Shown here: in pieces, positions 47,159-56,710 of the stretch
Position numbering within the stretch: position 1 is the stretch's first letter
Layout of the letters: each line of letters begins with the position of its first letter
Sequence record: MT811961.1
Length of the DNA: 64,000 bases
Reading direction: 5' to 3' (one strand)
Program-made: the position numbers and the translations under genes
The notes under the pieces: generated by a model
Database searches by the model: none
What the model was told of the DNA's origin: nothing
Seen by the model: only the letters and a program-made list of their open reading frames with translations

Positions 47159-48169
47159 ATGTTTACTCGTGAATTAAACCTATCTGAAATTCTTAACATC
47201 CCTACTGAAACAGCTGTCCTTGTTGATCGCCTTGTTAAGTCAGAAACACTTACCTGGGAACAAATCTTTAAAAGCGAATTGCTGTGGGCATGGGGCTGGA
47301 AACCTGTTAAAGATCAACCTGCAATGGTTCGTACAAAAATTGATTATGGTACCAACAAACTGTATGTCATTACTGCACGTAGTCACACCCTTTGTCTTGT
47401 GACAAAAGATATCGATACGGATACACTGCAAGGAAAGATCCGTGAGAAATTGCCACTAGGTAATGTTATGCCAAGTCTGGAGAAGGTTCTTGCTGAACAC
47501 CAAGAACTAGTCATGGAACACAGTATCCGAGCAGCTCAAGAAGTATTTGAATTAGAAGAGTATACAAGAGAACGTCTATACGTCGACTATGATAATACTG
47601 GCATGCATCCAAAGAAAGAAATTGGTGATTGGGTTGAATCATCAGCTTTCGGTGCACATGCGATCACTGCGCGACAGTACTATGAGAATGGGGAATACAA
47701 AATCGAAAACTCTCCAGAAGTACTTATCTCCAATGTCATTGCAGACAATCCTGCGGCGTCTCGTACTGAGTACCAGCTACATGTACCGCACCTGCCTCGT
47801 GTTGAAACAACAGTCAGTAACTTCAATGAACGTCGTATCGTTGTCGCAAAATCCGATCATGGTCATCCGAAACTCAAAGGCGTATCTGTTGTTACCGAGT
47901 ACAATAACCTTGGTCTTGTCCTTGATGTGAAACGAGAGGATGCAAATCTAACAAGGTTCTACTACACAGAAGGCAAAGAAAAGTTACTTGCCGCCACGTA
48001 CCTAGAAACAACAACGTCGTTCCGTGACTCCCTTATCTTTAAATACGATTACCAATTCAATGATGATGGTACACTGTACAGCATTACCATTCGTAATCGT
48101 ACAATGCAGTATACAAAAGACTGGTCACTAAACGAAAAAGAAAATGTTGTTGCCAAGTTTTATTTTTAA
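47159..48169 (+). CDS. Hypothetical protein with YD/RHS-like C-terminal beta repeats (336 aa)
   Basis: ATG 47159 has a GGAG SD. The C-terminus has TEYNNLGLVL, RFYYTEG and YDYQFNDDGTL. Confidence 0.65.
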   Translation: MFTRELNLSEILNIPTETAVLVDRLVKSETLTWEQIFKSELLWAWGWKPVKDQPAMVRTKIDYGTNKLYVITARSHTLCLVTKDIDTDTLQGKIREKLPLGNVMPSLEKVLAEHQELVMEHSIRAAQEVFELEEYTRERLYVDYDNTGMHPKKEIGDWVESSAFGAHAITARQYYENGEYKIENSPEVLISNVIADNPAASRTEYQLHVPHLPRVETTVSNFNERRIVVAKSDHGHPKLKGVSVVTEYNNLGLVLDVKREDANLTRFYYTEGKEKLLAATYLETTTSFRDSLIFKYDYQFNDDGTLYSITIRNRTMQYTKDWSLNEKENVVAKFYF

Positions 48170-48181
48170 AAAATAAAGACA

Positions 48182-48228
48182 CCCTCCTGCCTTCGGGCAG
48201 GAGGGCTATCTTATCTTATTTTTTTTTT
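48182..48228. terminator. Rho-independent terminator between convergent genes
   Basis: CCCTCCTGCC-TTCG-GGCAGGAGGG followed by a long T-run. Confidence 0.85.
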
Positions 48229-48266
48229 CACCAACGTTGCTAGCGAACAGCTAGCCTATGGCAAGA

Positions 48267-49133
48267 TTAAAGGTTGTTAGCTACGGCTTGTGCGCCGCCA
48301 CGTAGACCTACACCACCTGTTGCGTCTTCCATCAGATCAGGGTTGATTTGAGAGATAAACGGTTTAAGTGCTGCTGGAGAGTAACCCTGCTTATTGATCG
48401 AGTCTAGGTACGCTTTAGCTAGATCAGCAACTGCTACAACTTGGTCACTTGTTAGTGTAAGTGCAGTAAAGTCAATTGCATGCTCTACAGCTGTACGTGC
48501 CGTGCCGTACTCCAATGCCGCTTCATTAGGAACCGAGATTGGTTTCATGTTAGAACATAGGTACGCGAAGTCAACGCCAGTTAGGTTGTGGTTCGGTTGA
48601 ATGAACAACACAATCATAGAAGTTAGATGATCAAGCAGTTCAGGGTAACCATCGTCAGCATATGCTTGGTACTTGATTACACCTGGAGCTCCGGTCATCG
48701 GATCTTCCATTAGATCAATCATCCAGCGAGACAAGTCTTTGTAGATAGGCATGCCGCGGTATTCATTCCAAACAAAGTTCGGGTTAGAACGTTCACGACT
48801 TACCTTTGTTAGAGTCTGGTGCATTTCACCTGACTTACTAACCTGAATCTCTTCAAACTCAGCTGTTAGTGTTGAGTTTAGACCGGTGATTGATTTCGCC
48901 TTGGTTTCTACCAAAGCTTTAAGGCGCTTGGTCATACCAGCGCCATCTGGCAGCCACTTAAAGCCAAGTGGTGCCTGTAGAAGAACTGGCATTACTTGAG
49001 GTCGCATGTAGAATGCTGCCTTCGTCCAGTTCTCTGGGTCTTGCATGTGACCCAGCTGAGAGCCAGTGCTAATGTCCATCACACGAGTGTGGGCAGATAG
49101 CGGGTTCTCGGCATTCAAAAGTGCTTCAGCCAT
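48267..49133 (-). CDS. Tail tube protein (288 aa; phiKZ gp30-like)
   Basis: Immediately downstream of the sheath gene; size and position match phiKZ-like tail tubes; GAGG SD. Confidence 0.7.
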   Translation of the reverse strand: MAEALLNAENPLSAHTRVMDISTGSQLGHMQDPENWTKAAFYMRPQVMPVLLQAPLGFKWLPDGAGMTKRLKALVETKAKSITGLNSTLTAEFEEIQVSKSGEMHQTLTKVSRERSNPNFVWNEYRGMPIYKDLSRWMIDLMEDPMTGAPGVIKYQAYADDGYPELLDHLTSMIVLFIQPNHNLTGVDFAYLCSNMKPISVPNEAALEYGTARTAVEHAIDFTALTLTSDQVVAVADLAKAYLDSINKQGYSPAALKPFISQINPDLMEDATGGVGLRGGAQAVANNL

Positions 49134-49167
49134 TTTGGGTTTCCTCTATTTAACTAAGCTTTTTAGA

Positions 49168-49184
49168 GAGGGGCAAAGCCCCTC
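49168..49184 (-). promoter_or_regulatory. GC-rich hairpin without a U-tract between sheath and tube genes
   Basis: GAGGGGC-AAA-GCCCCTC on the plus strand. Confidence 0.45.
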
Positions 49185-49187
49185 GCA

Positions 49188-51218
49188 TTAGGAAAGGCGG
49201 TTAACGGTAATGTTGTATTGACCAACAGTACGCATTGGATCCGCAGCAGCATTGATGTCCAGAGCCCAAGAGAAGCCACGTAGACTATCGTCAGGAGTAA
49301 TAACGGTTGTACCGCTAATTACCATCTTACCTGCGAAACGACCTTCGATTAGTTCAGCCCAGTCATCATCAGAACGCAACTTGAACTGATCTTCTGTCAA
49401 ACCAGTAGAACCAGTATTGATAGACCAGTGGTAACGTGCTAGACGTTTCAAGTACGTTAGGATGTTAACGTATTGACGACCGTTAAGTACAGATGTGTCT
49501 TCTTCGTAACCAGTTTGGTACGCTGCCCAGAATACGTCAGACATGCTGCGTTTCTGAGGGTAGTTGATACCAGTTGACCAGAATTGGTCTTGAAGCTCAT
49601 CAGGCTTAAATGTATGAGTAAGCTTAACAACTTCAGATACTGAGTTGCGAGTACGATCTGTGTAGTCACGCTGTGCGTTAAGGAAGCCAGAACCTGCACC
49701 GCCGAACTCTGCGAATTTCTTCGCAACGTCAACGAATGAAGAACAACGACGACCATAGATAGAAGAAGCTGCTTGACCTTCGGAACCCCACACACTAAAG
49801 CGACAAGCTTGTGTACCGTGGATGATAGACTCTGGGTTCAATAGGCCACGAGCAACAAGTGCTTGGCCGATTGCTAGCTCAGTAGCTAGATCGTTTTCTG
49901 CTTCTGATGCGATGAATGTACAAACGTCGACAGTAATGTCGTCACGCTTAGACATACAGTCAAGGAAAGCGTATTTCGTTTCCAATGCGAAGCCAGAATC
50001 TTGAAGACCACTGAATGGGTAATCAGCCCAAGAGTTCAGAGGTTCTTCTGGATTATTCCAGTCACCCTCTAGGTAAGCTTTAACAAGCTCATCTAGTTTC
50101 TCTTCAGAAACTGTACCGTCTAGACCACCTTGTAGATAGTTAGTTGTGATACCGTCCATTACTAGGCTGTTGTCTACAACAGGACCAGCTTGAAGAGTAG
50201 AGTAAGCACGACCTTCGTAGTCTAGCTCACCGAAGATGTTCATTTCTTCTTTAGCTTTTACTTTCGCGCCAGCTACCGCAGACTCTGCCGTGTAAAGCAG
50301 TTCTTGTAGTTGGTCGATAAATGCCGAGTAGAAATGTACGTTTTGTACTGGACCAAAGCGAGGAATGTTACCAGCTGTAGTATCTTCCCACTGTGTTTGT
50401 AGTTTACGGTAATCGTAAACTTGGTTGGTCTTGATGTTGGTCATACCAGGTTTGAAGCTGAAGTCAATTGAATCAGCAGACAATAGTGATTTTTGGATCA
50501 CTGGGGTTGCACCAACTTTGGCACGTTTCATCCAAGAGAAGCGGTAAAGAATAGCTTCTTGATCGCGCTGTGCGAATAGAGAAGAAGGTTGTGCAGAAAG
50601 AGAGCTTTCTTGTGATAGACGGAAACCAACATTGTTGCCATCTTCACCAACTTCGCCGATGAATGCCATTACAGGATAGATCTTCGAAGTCTGACCTGTA
50701 CTACCAGTCCAAGTACCGTCAGTTACGACTTGCTTGTTCCAGTTGTACATATCAACGCCAGTCATGCGAACAACACGAGCCAGGTAACCCATTTGGGTTT
50801 TACCTGAGTCAACGCGTTTGCCGTTGATATCTAGTTTGTATTGACCGTTAGGCAATAGTTCCCAAACTACGTTTTCGTTTTCAACGACTTCAACACCGAT
50901 ACAGATTACCGGAGCACGAGCATCGTCAGCGAACAAACGTTTTGTTGCAACAAGCTGACCAGCGCCAGTGGTTGTTGTCATCAAATGAGTTTGGTGAGAG
51001 TAGAACTTACTTGTTTCTTCAAACGCCTTGCTACCGTACATTTTTGTAAGATGAGCACCTGCACCAAACTGAATACCAGCACGGCCTTTTGGAGCCATGA
51101 TAAAGTAAAGCGGACAGTTTTGTGGGATGGCTTGAAGTTCTACTGGAGTTTCGCCGATCGACTCATCCTTGAAACCATCCAAGTATGCGCGTGGCGTAGC
51201 TAAAGTAAATTGTGCCAT
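49188..51218 (-). CDS. Contractile tail sheath protein (676 aa; phiKZ gp29-like)
   Basis: Size, position between the tube gene and the terminase cluster, and a sheath-like C-terminal region (G(I)NYP...VFW..YQT.Y.EDTSVLN). Confidence 0.82.
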   Translation of the reverse strand: MAQFTLATPRAYLDGFKDESIGETPVELQAIPQNCPLYFIMAPKGRAGIQFGAGAHLTKMYGSKAFEETSKFYSHQTHLMTTTTGAGQLVATKRLFADDARAPVICIGVEVVENENVVWELLPNGQYKLDINGKRVDSGKTQMGYLARVVRMTGVDMYNWNKQVVTDGTWTGSTGQTSKIYPVMAFIGEVGEDGNNVGFRLSQESSLSAQPSSLFAQRDQEAILYRFSWMKRAKVGATPVIQKSLLSADSIDFSFKPGMTNIKTNQVYDYRKLQTQWEDTTAGNIPRFGPVQNVHFYSAFIDQLQELLYTAESAVAGAKVKAKEEMNIFGELDYEGRAYSTLQAGPVVDNSLVMDGITTNYLQGGLDGTVSEEKLDELVKAYLEGDWNNPEEPLNSWADYPFSGLQDSGFALETKYAFLDCMSKRDDITVDVCTFIASEAENDLATELAIGQALVARGLLNPESIIHGTQACRFSVWGSEGQAASSIYGRRCSSFVDVAKKFAEFGGAGSGFLNAQRDYTDRTRNSVSEVVKLTHTFKPDELQDQFWSTGINYPQKRSMSDVFWAAYQTGYEEDTSVLNGRQYVNILTYLKRLARYHWSINTGSTGLTEDQFKLRSDDDWAELIEGRFAGKMVISGTTVITPDDSLRGFSWALDINAAADPMRTVGQYNITVNRLS

Positions 51219-51436
51219 TTTTGTTTCCTCTAGAATTCTATTTGAGGTATTTCGTTTAAATTTAAACCTCTGCTTCTCAGCAGATTCGAAACGCTTAGGA
51301 CGAATCGAATAGGATGTCCCTGTCTCCTAAGCCTAAGCTGAAACGGGGACAAGACCTATACAATTGGATTGATCTAGGTTACAAAAAACATCCTAAACAA
51401 ATAAGCTTATTTTGATTTTAACCCAGGAGAACAAAA

Positions 51437-52378
51437 ATGAATGTTCTTACTACACGAGTGAACTCTGCTTTCGGCAAACAAATCGCCGAGGTCAAGCGCA
51501 TGGCCGAAGAGGCACTCACGTTAGATAACGGGATGTTTATCCCTGTTCCTGAAGTTTCAGACTTCAAACTTTACAAAGTTCGCCCAGACATCAAAGACAG
51601 TGAAATTCCAAACTGGAACATGGTCATTGACATGAAGCTTGGCGACGAAAACATTTACATCATCGATGCTCGTCCATACGAAAATGCAAACCGCAGACAC
51701 AACCCAGTACAATACAATCTGGCAGTAGAACGTGCACGTGCAGTGAGAGTATGGTATGAAGAAGCTTCTATTTTTACTGGTATTCGTTTACCTCTTGTTT
51801 CAGTGTATATGGATTGGGTCGGCGGTCTACTTCGCACTAACGCATCTTTAACTCCTGTACAACAAGCTCAGTTTGAATTGCTGTTTGGTCTTTACCTTTA
51901 CTGTGCAATTACAAGCCAAGCGGAACCTGGCACAGAAACCGAAGAGTTGATCAACGGTTACCGTCGTTTATTGACATCTCGTCTTAACACAGCATCTATT
52001 GTTGTTAACTCTATCTTTGAAGGTGACAACCTACCTGTTGTTATCGAAGCGATCAATGACGCATTTGGCTACAACCGTGGTTTACATGCAAGTTCACTAG
52101 ACATCATGTGTCGCGCAATGAACATGATCGTTGATACAAAAGCAATTACTCTGGATGGCGCTACAATGGCTACTCTATCTACAAACAGTTGGATGGGTGA
52201 CAATGCGGCAATGCTTTCTATGAATGCGGTTCAACATCCAGCCATCCTTGCTTCGATGATTGCCATTGCTTCTGTAACTCCTCTTTACCGTCGTTCACGC
52301 ATCGGCCAAGCAGTAGAGACACAGAAACGCAAACGCATCGATGTTCTTGGTGTACACAAGGCGATTGCCCGTGGCTAA
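51437..52378 (+). CDS. phiKZ gp28-like conserved protein (313 aa)
   Basis: AGGAG SD; first gene of the cluster leading to the terminase. Confidence 0.55.
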   Translation: MNVLTTRVNSAFGKQIAEVKRMAEEALTLDNGMFIPVPEVSDFKLYKVRPDIKDSEIPNWNMVIDMKLGDENIYIIDARPYENANRRHNPVQYNLAVERARAVRVWYEEASIFTGIRLPLVSVYMDWVGGLLRTNASLTPVQQAQFELLFGLYLYCAITSQAEPGTETEELINGYRRLLTSRLNTASIVVNSIFEGDNLPVVIEAINDAFGYNRGLHASSLDIMCRAMNMIVDTKAITLDGATMATLSTNSWMGDNAAMLSMNAVQHPAILASMIAIASVTPLYRRSRIGQAVETQKRKRIDVLGVHKAIARG

Positions 52379-54992
52379 CCTTGTTCAAACGGTTGTTCGA
52401 AATGCAGCAATCGATTTGATGTGGGCCAATCAGGCTGAAGACCGACAGGCGGTGTTTAAACTAACCCGCCTTTCTCCAGCACGTGGCACACGAGGAAACC
52501 TAGATCTTCCTTATATCAACCTAGCCAAACCAGAGGCTAATAAATACTTTGTTTATTATTCTTTGGGCGGCACATGGTCAAAACGACTAGGTATTGAAGA
52601 TCACAGTCTATTGTCTTGGCAGCGTCTCGAGGACGTTGTACAAGGTGAAGACATGTTAGCGTTTCCTTATATCCAGCAAAGACTACTTCCTTTAACAAAG
52701 GTGTGGTTACGTCGCATTGAAACCGGCGCTTTATTCTTTGCTGTAGAAGTCGACAACCTTAAAGGAATTTATGACTTCAAACAAGATCTTGTAATTCGTT
52801 TCTACTCCAACGCATGGTTCTTTACTACACAAGCCGGTAAAGAGGCTATCGGTATTCGTTCCTTTAGTGGTGTCGTTGGTGATGACTTTACAGGCGGCGA
52901 GGTCATATCAAAATATAATGCTTATGTGGCAGCTTATCCTGCTGAGCAAATCATGGTCTTTCGTAATGGCTACTATGTTACGAATCCCAATGTTCCAGAG
53001 ATTAAGAATGGTGATTGTTTTAACATCTACCATGACAGCTCTATTCGAGAATGTTTTGACATCGACTTGAAGGGGGCCCATTACTTTTTCTCTAAGCTGG
53101 ATACTGATCGACGCAAGTTATTGCTCCCGGTACCAGAAGAACTAAGATTGGGAATCCAGTGGAATGACGACATCGAGTTTCTATTAGTCGAGGATCAAAA
53201 GACGACTCCGGCTAACGACAAAGGTGTTTATATTCCGAAAGCCAAGATTGGCGACATTCGTAACGTAACAACGAATGACTATTCTCTGGATGAAAAATAT
53301 CTCATTGAGTTGTTCCAGTCACATGGCTTTGTTGATGATTTTGGTAATACCAAGATTCGCATGATTCTACGTGAACCTGATCGACCAGAGTTTCTTTTCA
53401 AAGATGGTTTAAACTTGCACGACTTCTTTATCATCCCTCATGATAAACGTATTCGTATTCTTAAGGGATTGGAGTCGACTGAGTTCGACCATTGGACTGC
53501 GGCTAACCTGGAAGCTTCTGACTTCATGCAGTTTGCTTTTACTTTGAAGCAATGGGAATATCCACTGAAGAAGATCTTTAACTTCTATGGTAACCAGTAC
53601 TACTCGAACCAACCATACAAAATCAGAGAGGGTATTTTTAGAATACCGCCTTCGATGGTAGATGGTGGACTTTTACTTGAGTTCGACAAAGAGGGCATTC
53701 TCTTACGCGTCAAGCCTTGGGTAGATAGACACATTCAGTTGCGTTACTATCCGGATGCTGAAGTAGACCTCATTCGTACAATCCCAGGTAAACAAGTATT
53801 TAGTGCAAAGGATCTCGATCAGTTTTCTGACTACATCGACGACCCAGTAACGACTTGGTATGAAGAGCGCTATTACAAATCACCAAACAACGAAGTTTGG
53901 ACGATGGCCCAGCTAGGCAAGGACTTCTTCCTTAAAGACGGCAAGGCCAACTGGAGCTCTGCTTTCCTTAACTACGAACGTCGTAAGCGTGTTGCCGACC
54001 ACTATGTCTACCGTACTTACGAGATCGATTCTGTTGATCTAGGTAAACCACTGGACATGTTCGATGACTACAGTACTACCTATACTGGTTTGGACTTTGG
54101 TCACTATTATGTATTCTTGAATAACCGCATGCTGGTTTATGGGGTGGATTACGAAATACGTTTTCCTCAGGTTTACATTAACAGTGCTGAATATGCCGAC
54201 AAGTCAGGCAGTAACCAAGTTATCATCTTGGCACATGGTGCACCGAACTTTAACGCCGACCCAGAGGTTGGATTCATTGAACGTGGTTTGATTACTACGA
54301 AGAATGGCTTCCGCCCACTACTACATCGAAACCGTGACTTCATTGTCAATGGTCGACTTGTAGACGAAAACAAAGTTGTGTTTGATTCTGGCTATAAGCT
54401 AGCACATAACTTTAATACTCGTTTAGACGCGAGCTATCGGGAAGGTGCATTGTTCGGAATCGATGACCACACAAACCACATGGGGCTCGAAGACATCGAG
54501 GCGATTACTGAAACTCAAACTGAGGCACTACAAACTGACGAGTTTGCTAGACTTGCTTTGGATGAGTACTATCCATCACCGGATACATCAGAACTCCCTC
54601 CGGTTATCATCGAAGTCAAGCATACGGTTGTGAGTGTTGTCCTAAGAACCATCATTGACGACATACTTACTGGTCGTCTTGTTATTCCAGATGTTGGTCT
54701 ATCGGACCTAGCAGCCGCTGTTAAGTTTCAACCTTATCGCGAGCTACTCGACATCGATATCAGTAACAAAGATCTAGAGCATACATACATCGAAGTGGCG
54801 GCCCATGCTGGTCGTGCCCGCATAGGTGTTACTATTGCCGAACATCAATTCATCGACATTGTCAATCGACTTTATCTGAATGGTCGTTGTGTATTACCAC
54901 AATACCTAGATATCGGTGATGCGAACACCGTAGATAACTTCCATGAAGAAATGCGCTTGCACGCAACGAAGAAAATCTACAATAACCTATAG
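52371..54992 (+). CDS. Virion structural protein (~873 aa; phiKZ gp27-like)
   Basis: The GTG at 52371 overlaps the upstream stop by 8 nt (an alternative in-frame ATG lies at 52341). Assigned by synteny. Confidence 0.6.
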   Translation: MANLVQTVVRNAAIDLMWANQAEDRQAVFKLTRLSPARGTRGNLDLPYINLAKPEANKYFVYYSLGGTWSKRLGIEDHSLLSWQRLEDVVQGEDMLAFPYIQQRLLPLTKVWLRRIETGALFFAVEVDNLKGIYDFKQDLVIRFYSNAWFFTTQAGKEAIGIRSFSGVVGDDFTGGEVISKYNAYVAAYPAEQIMVFRNGYYVTNPNVPEIKNGDCFNIYHDSSIRECFDIDLKGAHYFFSKLDTDRRKLLLPVPEELRLGIQWNDDIEFLLVEDQKTTPANDKGVYIPKAKIGDIRNVTTNDYSLDEKYLIELFQSHGFVDDFGNTKIRMILREPDRPEFLFKDGLNLHDFFIIPHDKRIRILKGLESTEFDHWTAANLEASDFMQFAFTLKQWEYPLKKIFNFYGNQYYSNQPYKIREGIFRIPPSMVDGGLLLEFDKEGILLRVKPWVDRHIQLRYYPDAEVDLIRTIPGKQVFSAKDLDQFSDYIDDPVTTWYEERYYKSPNNEVWTMAQLGKDFFLKDGKANWSSAFLNYERRKRVADHYVYRTYEIDSVDLGKPLDMFDDYSTTYTGLDFGHYYVFLNNRMLVYGVDYEIRFPQVYINSAEYADKSGSNQVIILAHGAPNFNADPEVGFIERGLITTKNGFRPLLHRNRDFIVNGRLVDENKVVFDSGYKLAHNFNTRLDASYREGALFGIDDHTNHMGLEDIEAITETQTEALQTDEFARLALDEYYPSPDTSELPPVIIEVKHTVVSVVLRTIIDDILTGRLVIPDVGLSDLAAAVKFQPYRELLDIDISNKDLEHTYIEVAAHAGRARIGVTIAEHQFIDIVNRLYLNGRCVLPQYLDIGDANTVDNFHEEMRLHATKKIYNNL

Positions 54993-55003
54993 AGGAAAAA
55001 CCA

Positions 55004-56665
55004 ATGGCTCTTTTAAGACCAGAAGACCAACGGTTTCGAGTATGGTCTTGGGACCAGATGTACTTTGGTGGCGTGGAAACAGGCCACCAAGTATGGCCTA
55101 GCGTTGGGGACTTGGTTGTTAACTTGGAGACTGGTATTTGGTCAGTCACCGTTGTTGACAATGTTGGTATCCCGCAGCTCGAGTTGCTTTTCCGTTGGCA
55201 ACGTGATCCAAGTCTAAGTGCTCAAAACGATTCAATCATTACGGCGATTAGTGAATATCAACCATCACTAACAACGCCTATCTTCTATGATACTACAAAG
55301 AACCCTTTTGAAATGGTAGTCGACACAAGTTATCCGATCATGGATACAGCTGGCGAATACATGATCTTCTTCAAGGGCACTGATGTAAGTACAAATGGAA
55401 CGGTAGTAAGTCAGGTTTATGTTGGTAGTACAGTAGTCGACAACAAAGTAGAGCTCGAAGAGATCTATCCTGGTTCAGTTATCCAGAGACCTAAGCCGTT
55501 TACAACAAAGGTTGTTCTTCGTCAGAACGAGTTTGTTACTGGCGTTGTTTACAACAAAGATGATCGGCCTATTGGTAAACGTACCTTTGTCGTAGAAGAA
55601 AGTGCAGCTATTCGTCCTGCCAGTCAGAATGACAACAGCTTGACTGGTGTCAGCCTTAAGTCAGATTTGATTGACCCAATTGATCGTACTCTGATTAAGA
55701 ATGACTTGAATATTCCGTTTGCAAGTTCTTTGACAAAAGCTATTCTGCATTATGCAGATGGTACTTCGAAGGAAATCGATATTGACGGGAACAAGTGTGT
55801 GCTTCGCGGCCTGTCTGATGTTAACTACACCCAGGCTATCAAACCACAGCAGTTCTCGCTCATGTACTTCCCAGACAGTAATGAACCATATGTTAATGCT
55901 GTTGGTACAGTACCACATCTTGTCAAGCATTATCGCCTACAAAACATATACAAAGAAAACTCGTATGGACTAAAACTATACTTGATTCCTGAGTTTATTG
56001 ACGTTGCGCGTGGCTACAAGATCAACTTCCGTCTATGTAGTGTTGAACGAGATGTCGACATTGACGTTACTGATTCTGTCGTTGTACGTAAGTCTGGTGG
56101 TGTTACATTCGAACCAACCAACTACGGAGCAGAGCAGATTCTTGACTGTATGTTAGAACTAGATAAAGTAGCACCTGGACTTTACCCTGGTTTTGTGTTT
56201 ACTGAACGTATCTTGCTTACTGTTAACCTGCCGGGCATTCTTGAGAAAGACCCATGGGTTATCGACTACAATACTGACGGCAACAACCGCTTTGGCCTCA
56301 ATGCACAAGCATCGATTGGTCCTGGTATTGGCCAGCCTGTACGTGGCAATATTCGAATTCACTTTGGTAACGACCGTGGCTCTGTTGATAACTGGCTACA
56401 TCAACTTTACCATACGATCGAACCTATCTTCGATACAAGTGCACTCATGGTACCTGTTACTCCAACTCACTTCCGTTACGTTTACGATGGACTTGAGTCA
56501 GAGATCTTCGAAGTCGGTCGCTGGAATGATGAGATCGATATGCTTTCTGGTATTCCTGCCTTTGAGGCACACAAAACAGTTACGATTGTTTGGTTGTTCC
56601 GAGATGGTTCAGAATACGGCGTACTTGGCCACAGTCCATTAATGACTGAAGCAGACTTAGTATAA
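55004..56665 (+). CDS. Virion structural protein (553 aa; phiKZ gp26-like)
   Basis: GAGG SD; directly upstream of the terminase. Confidence 0.6.
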   Translation: MALLRPEDQRFRVWSWDQMYFGGVETGHQVWPSVGDLVVNLETGIWSVTVVDNVGIPQLELLFRWQRDPSLSAQNDSIITAISEYQPSLTTPIFYDTTKNPFEMVVDTSYPIMDTAGEYMIFFKGTDVSTNGTVVSQVYVGSTVVDNKVELEEIYPGSVIQRPKPFTTKVVLRQNEFVTGVVYNKDDRPIGKRTFVVEESAAIRPASQNDNSLTGVSLKSDLIDPIDRTLIKNDLNIPFASSLTKAILHYADGTSKEIDIDGNKCVLRGLSDVNYTQAIKPQQFSLMYFPDSNEPYVNAVGTVPHLVKHYRLQNIYKENSYGLKLYLIPEFIDVARGYKINFRLCSVERDVDIDVTDSVVVRKSGGVTFEPTNYGAEQILDCMLELDKVAPGLYPGFVFTERILLTVNLPGILEKDPWVIDYNTDGNNRFGLNAQASIGPGIGQPVRGNIRIHFGNDRGSVDNWLHQLYHTIEPIFDTSALMVPVTPTHFRYVYDGLESEIFEVGRWNDEIDMLSGIPAFEAHKTVTIVWLFRDGSEYGVLGHSPLMTEADLV

Positions 56666-56672
56666 TAATAAC

Positions 56673-56694
56673 CTCTCCCTCCAAGGAGGGAGAG
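56673..56694 (+). terminator. Hairpin upstream of the terminase (weak terminator/attenuator)
   Basis: CTCTCCCTC-CAAG-GAGGGAGAG followed by ATCTTT. Confidence 0.5.
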
Positions 56695-56710
56695 ATCTTT
56701 AGGAGAACCC

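Noticed and set aside
51270-51350. HDV-like ribozyme
   Set aside because: The pseudoknot order lacks the P3/L3 and J4/2 elements that fold requires.
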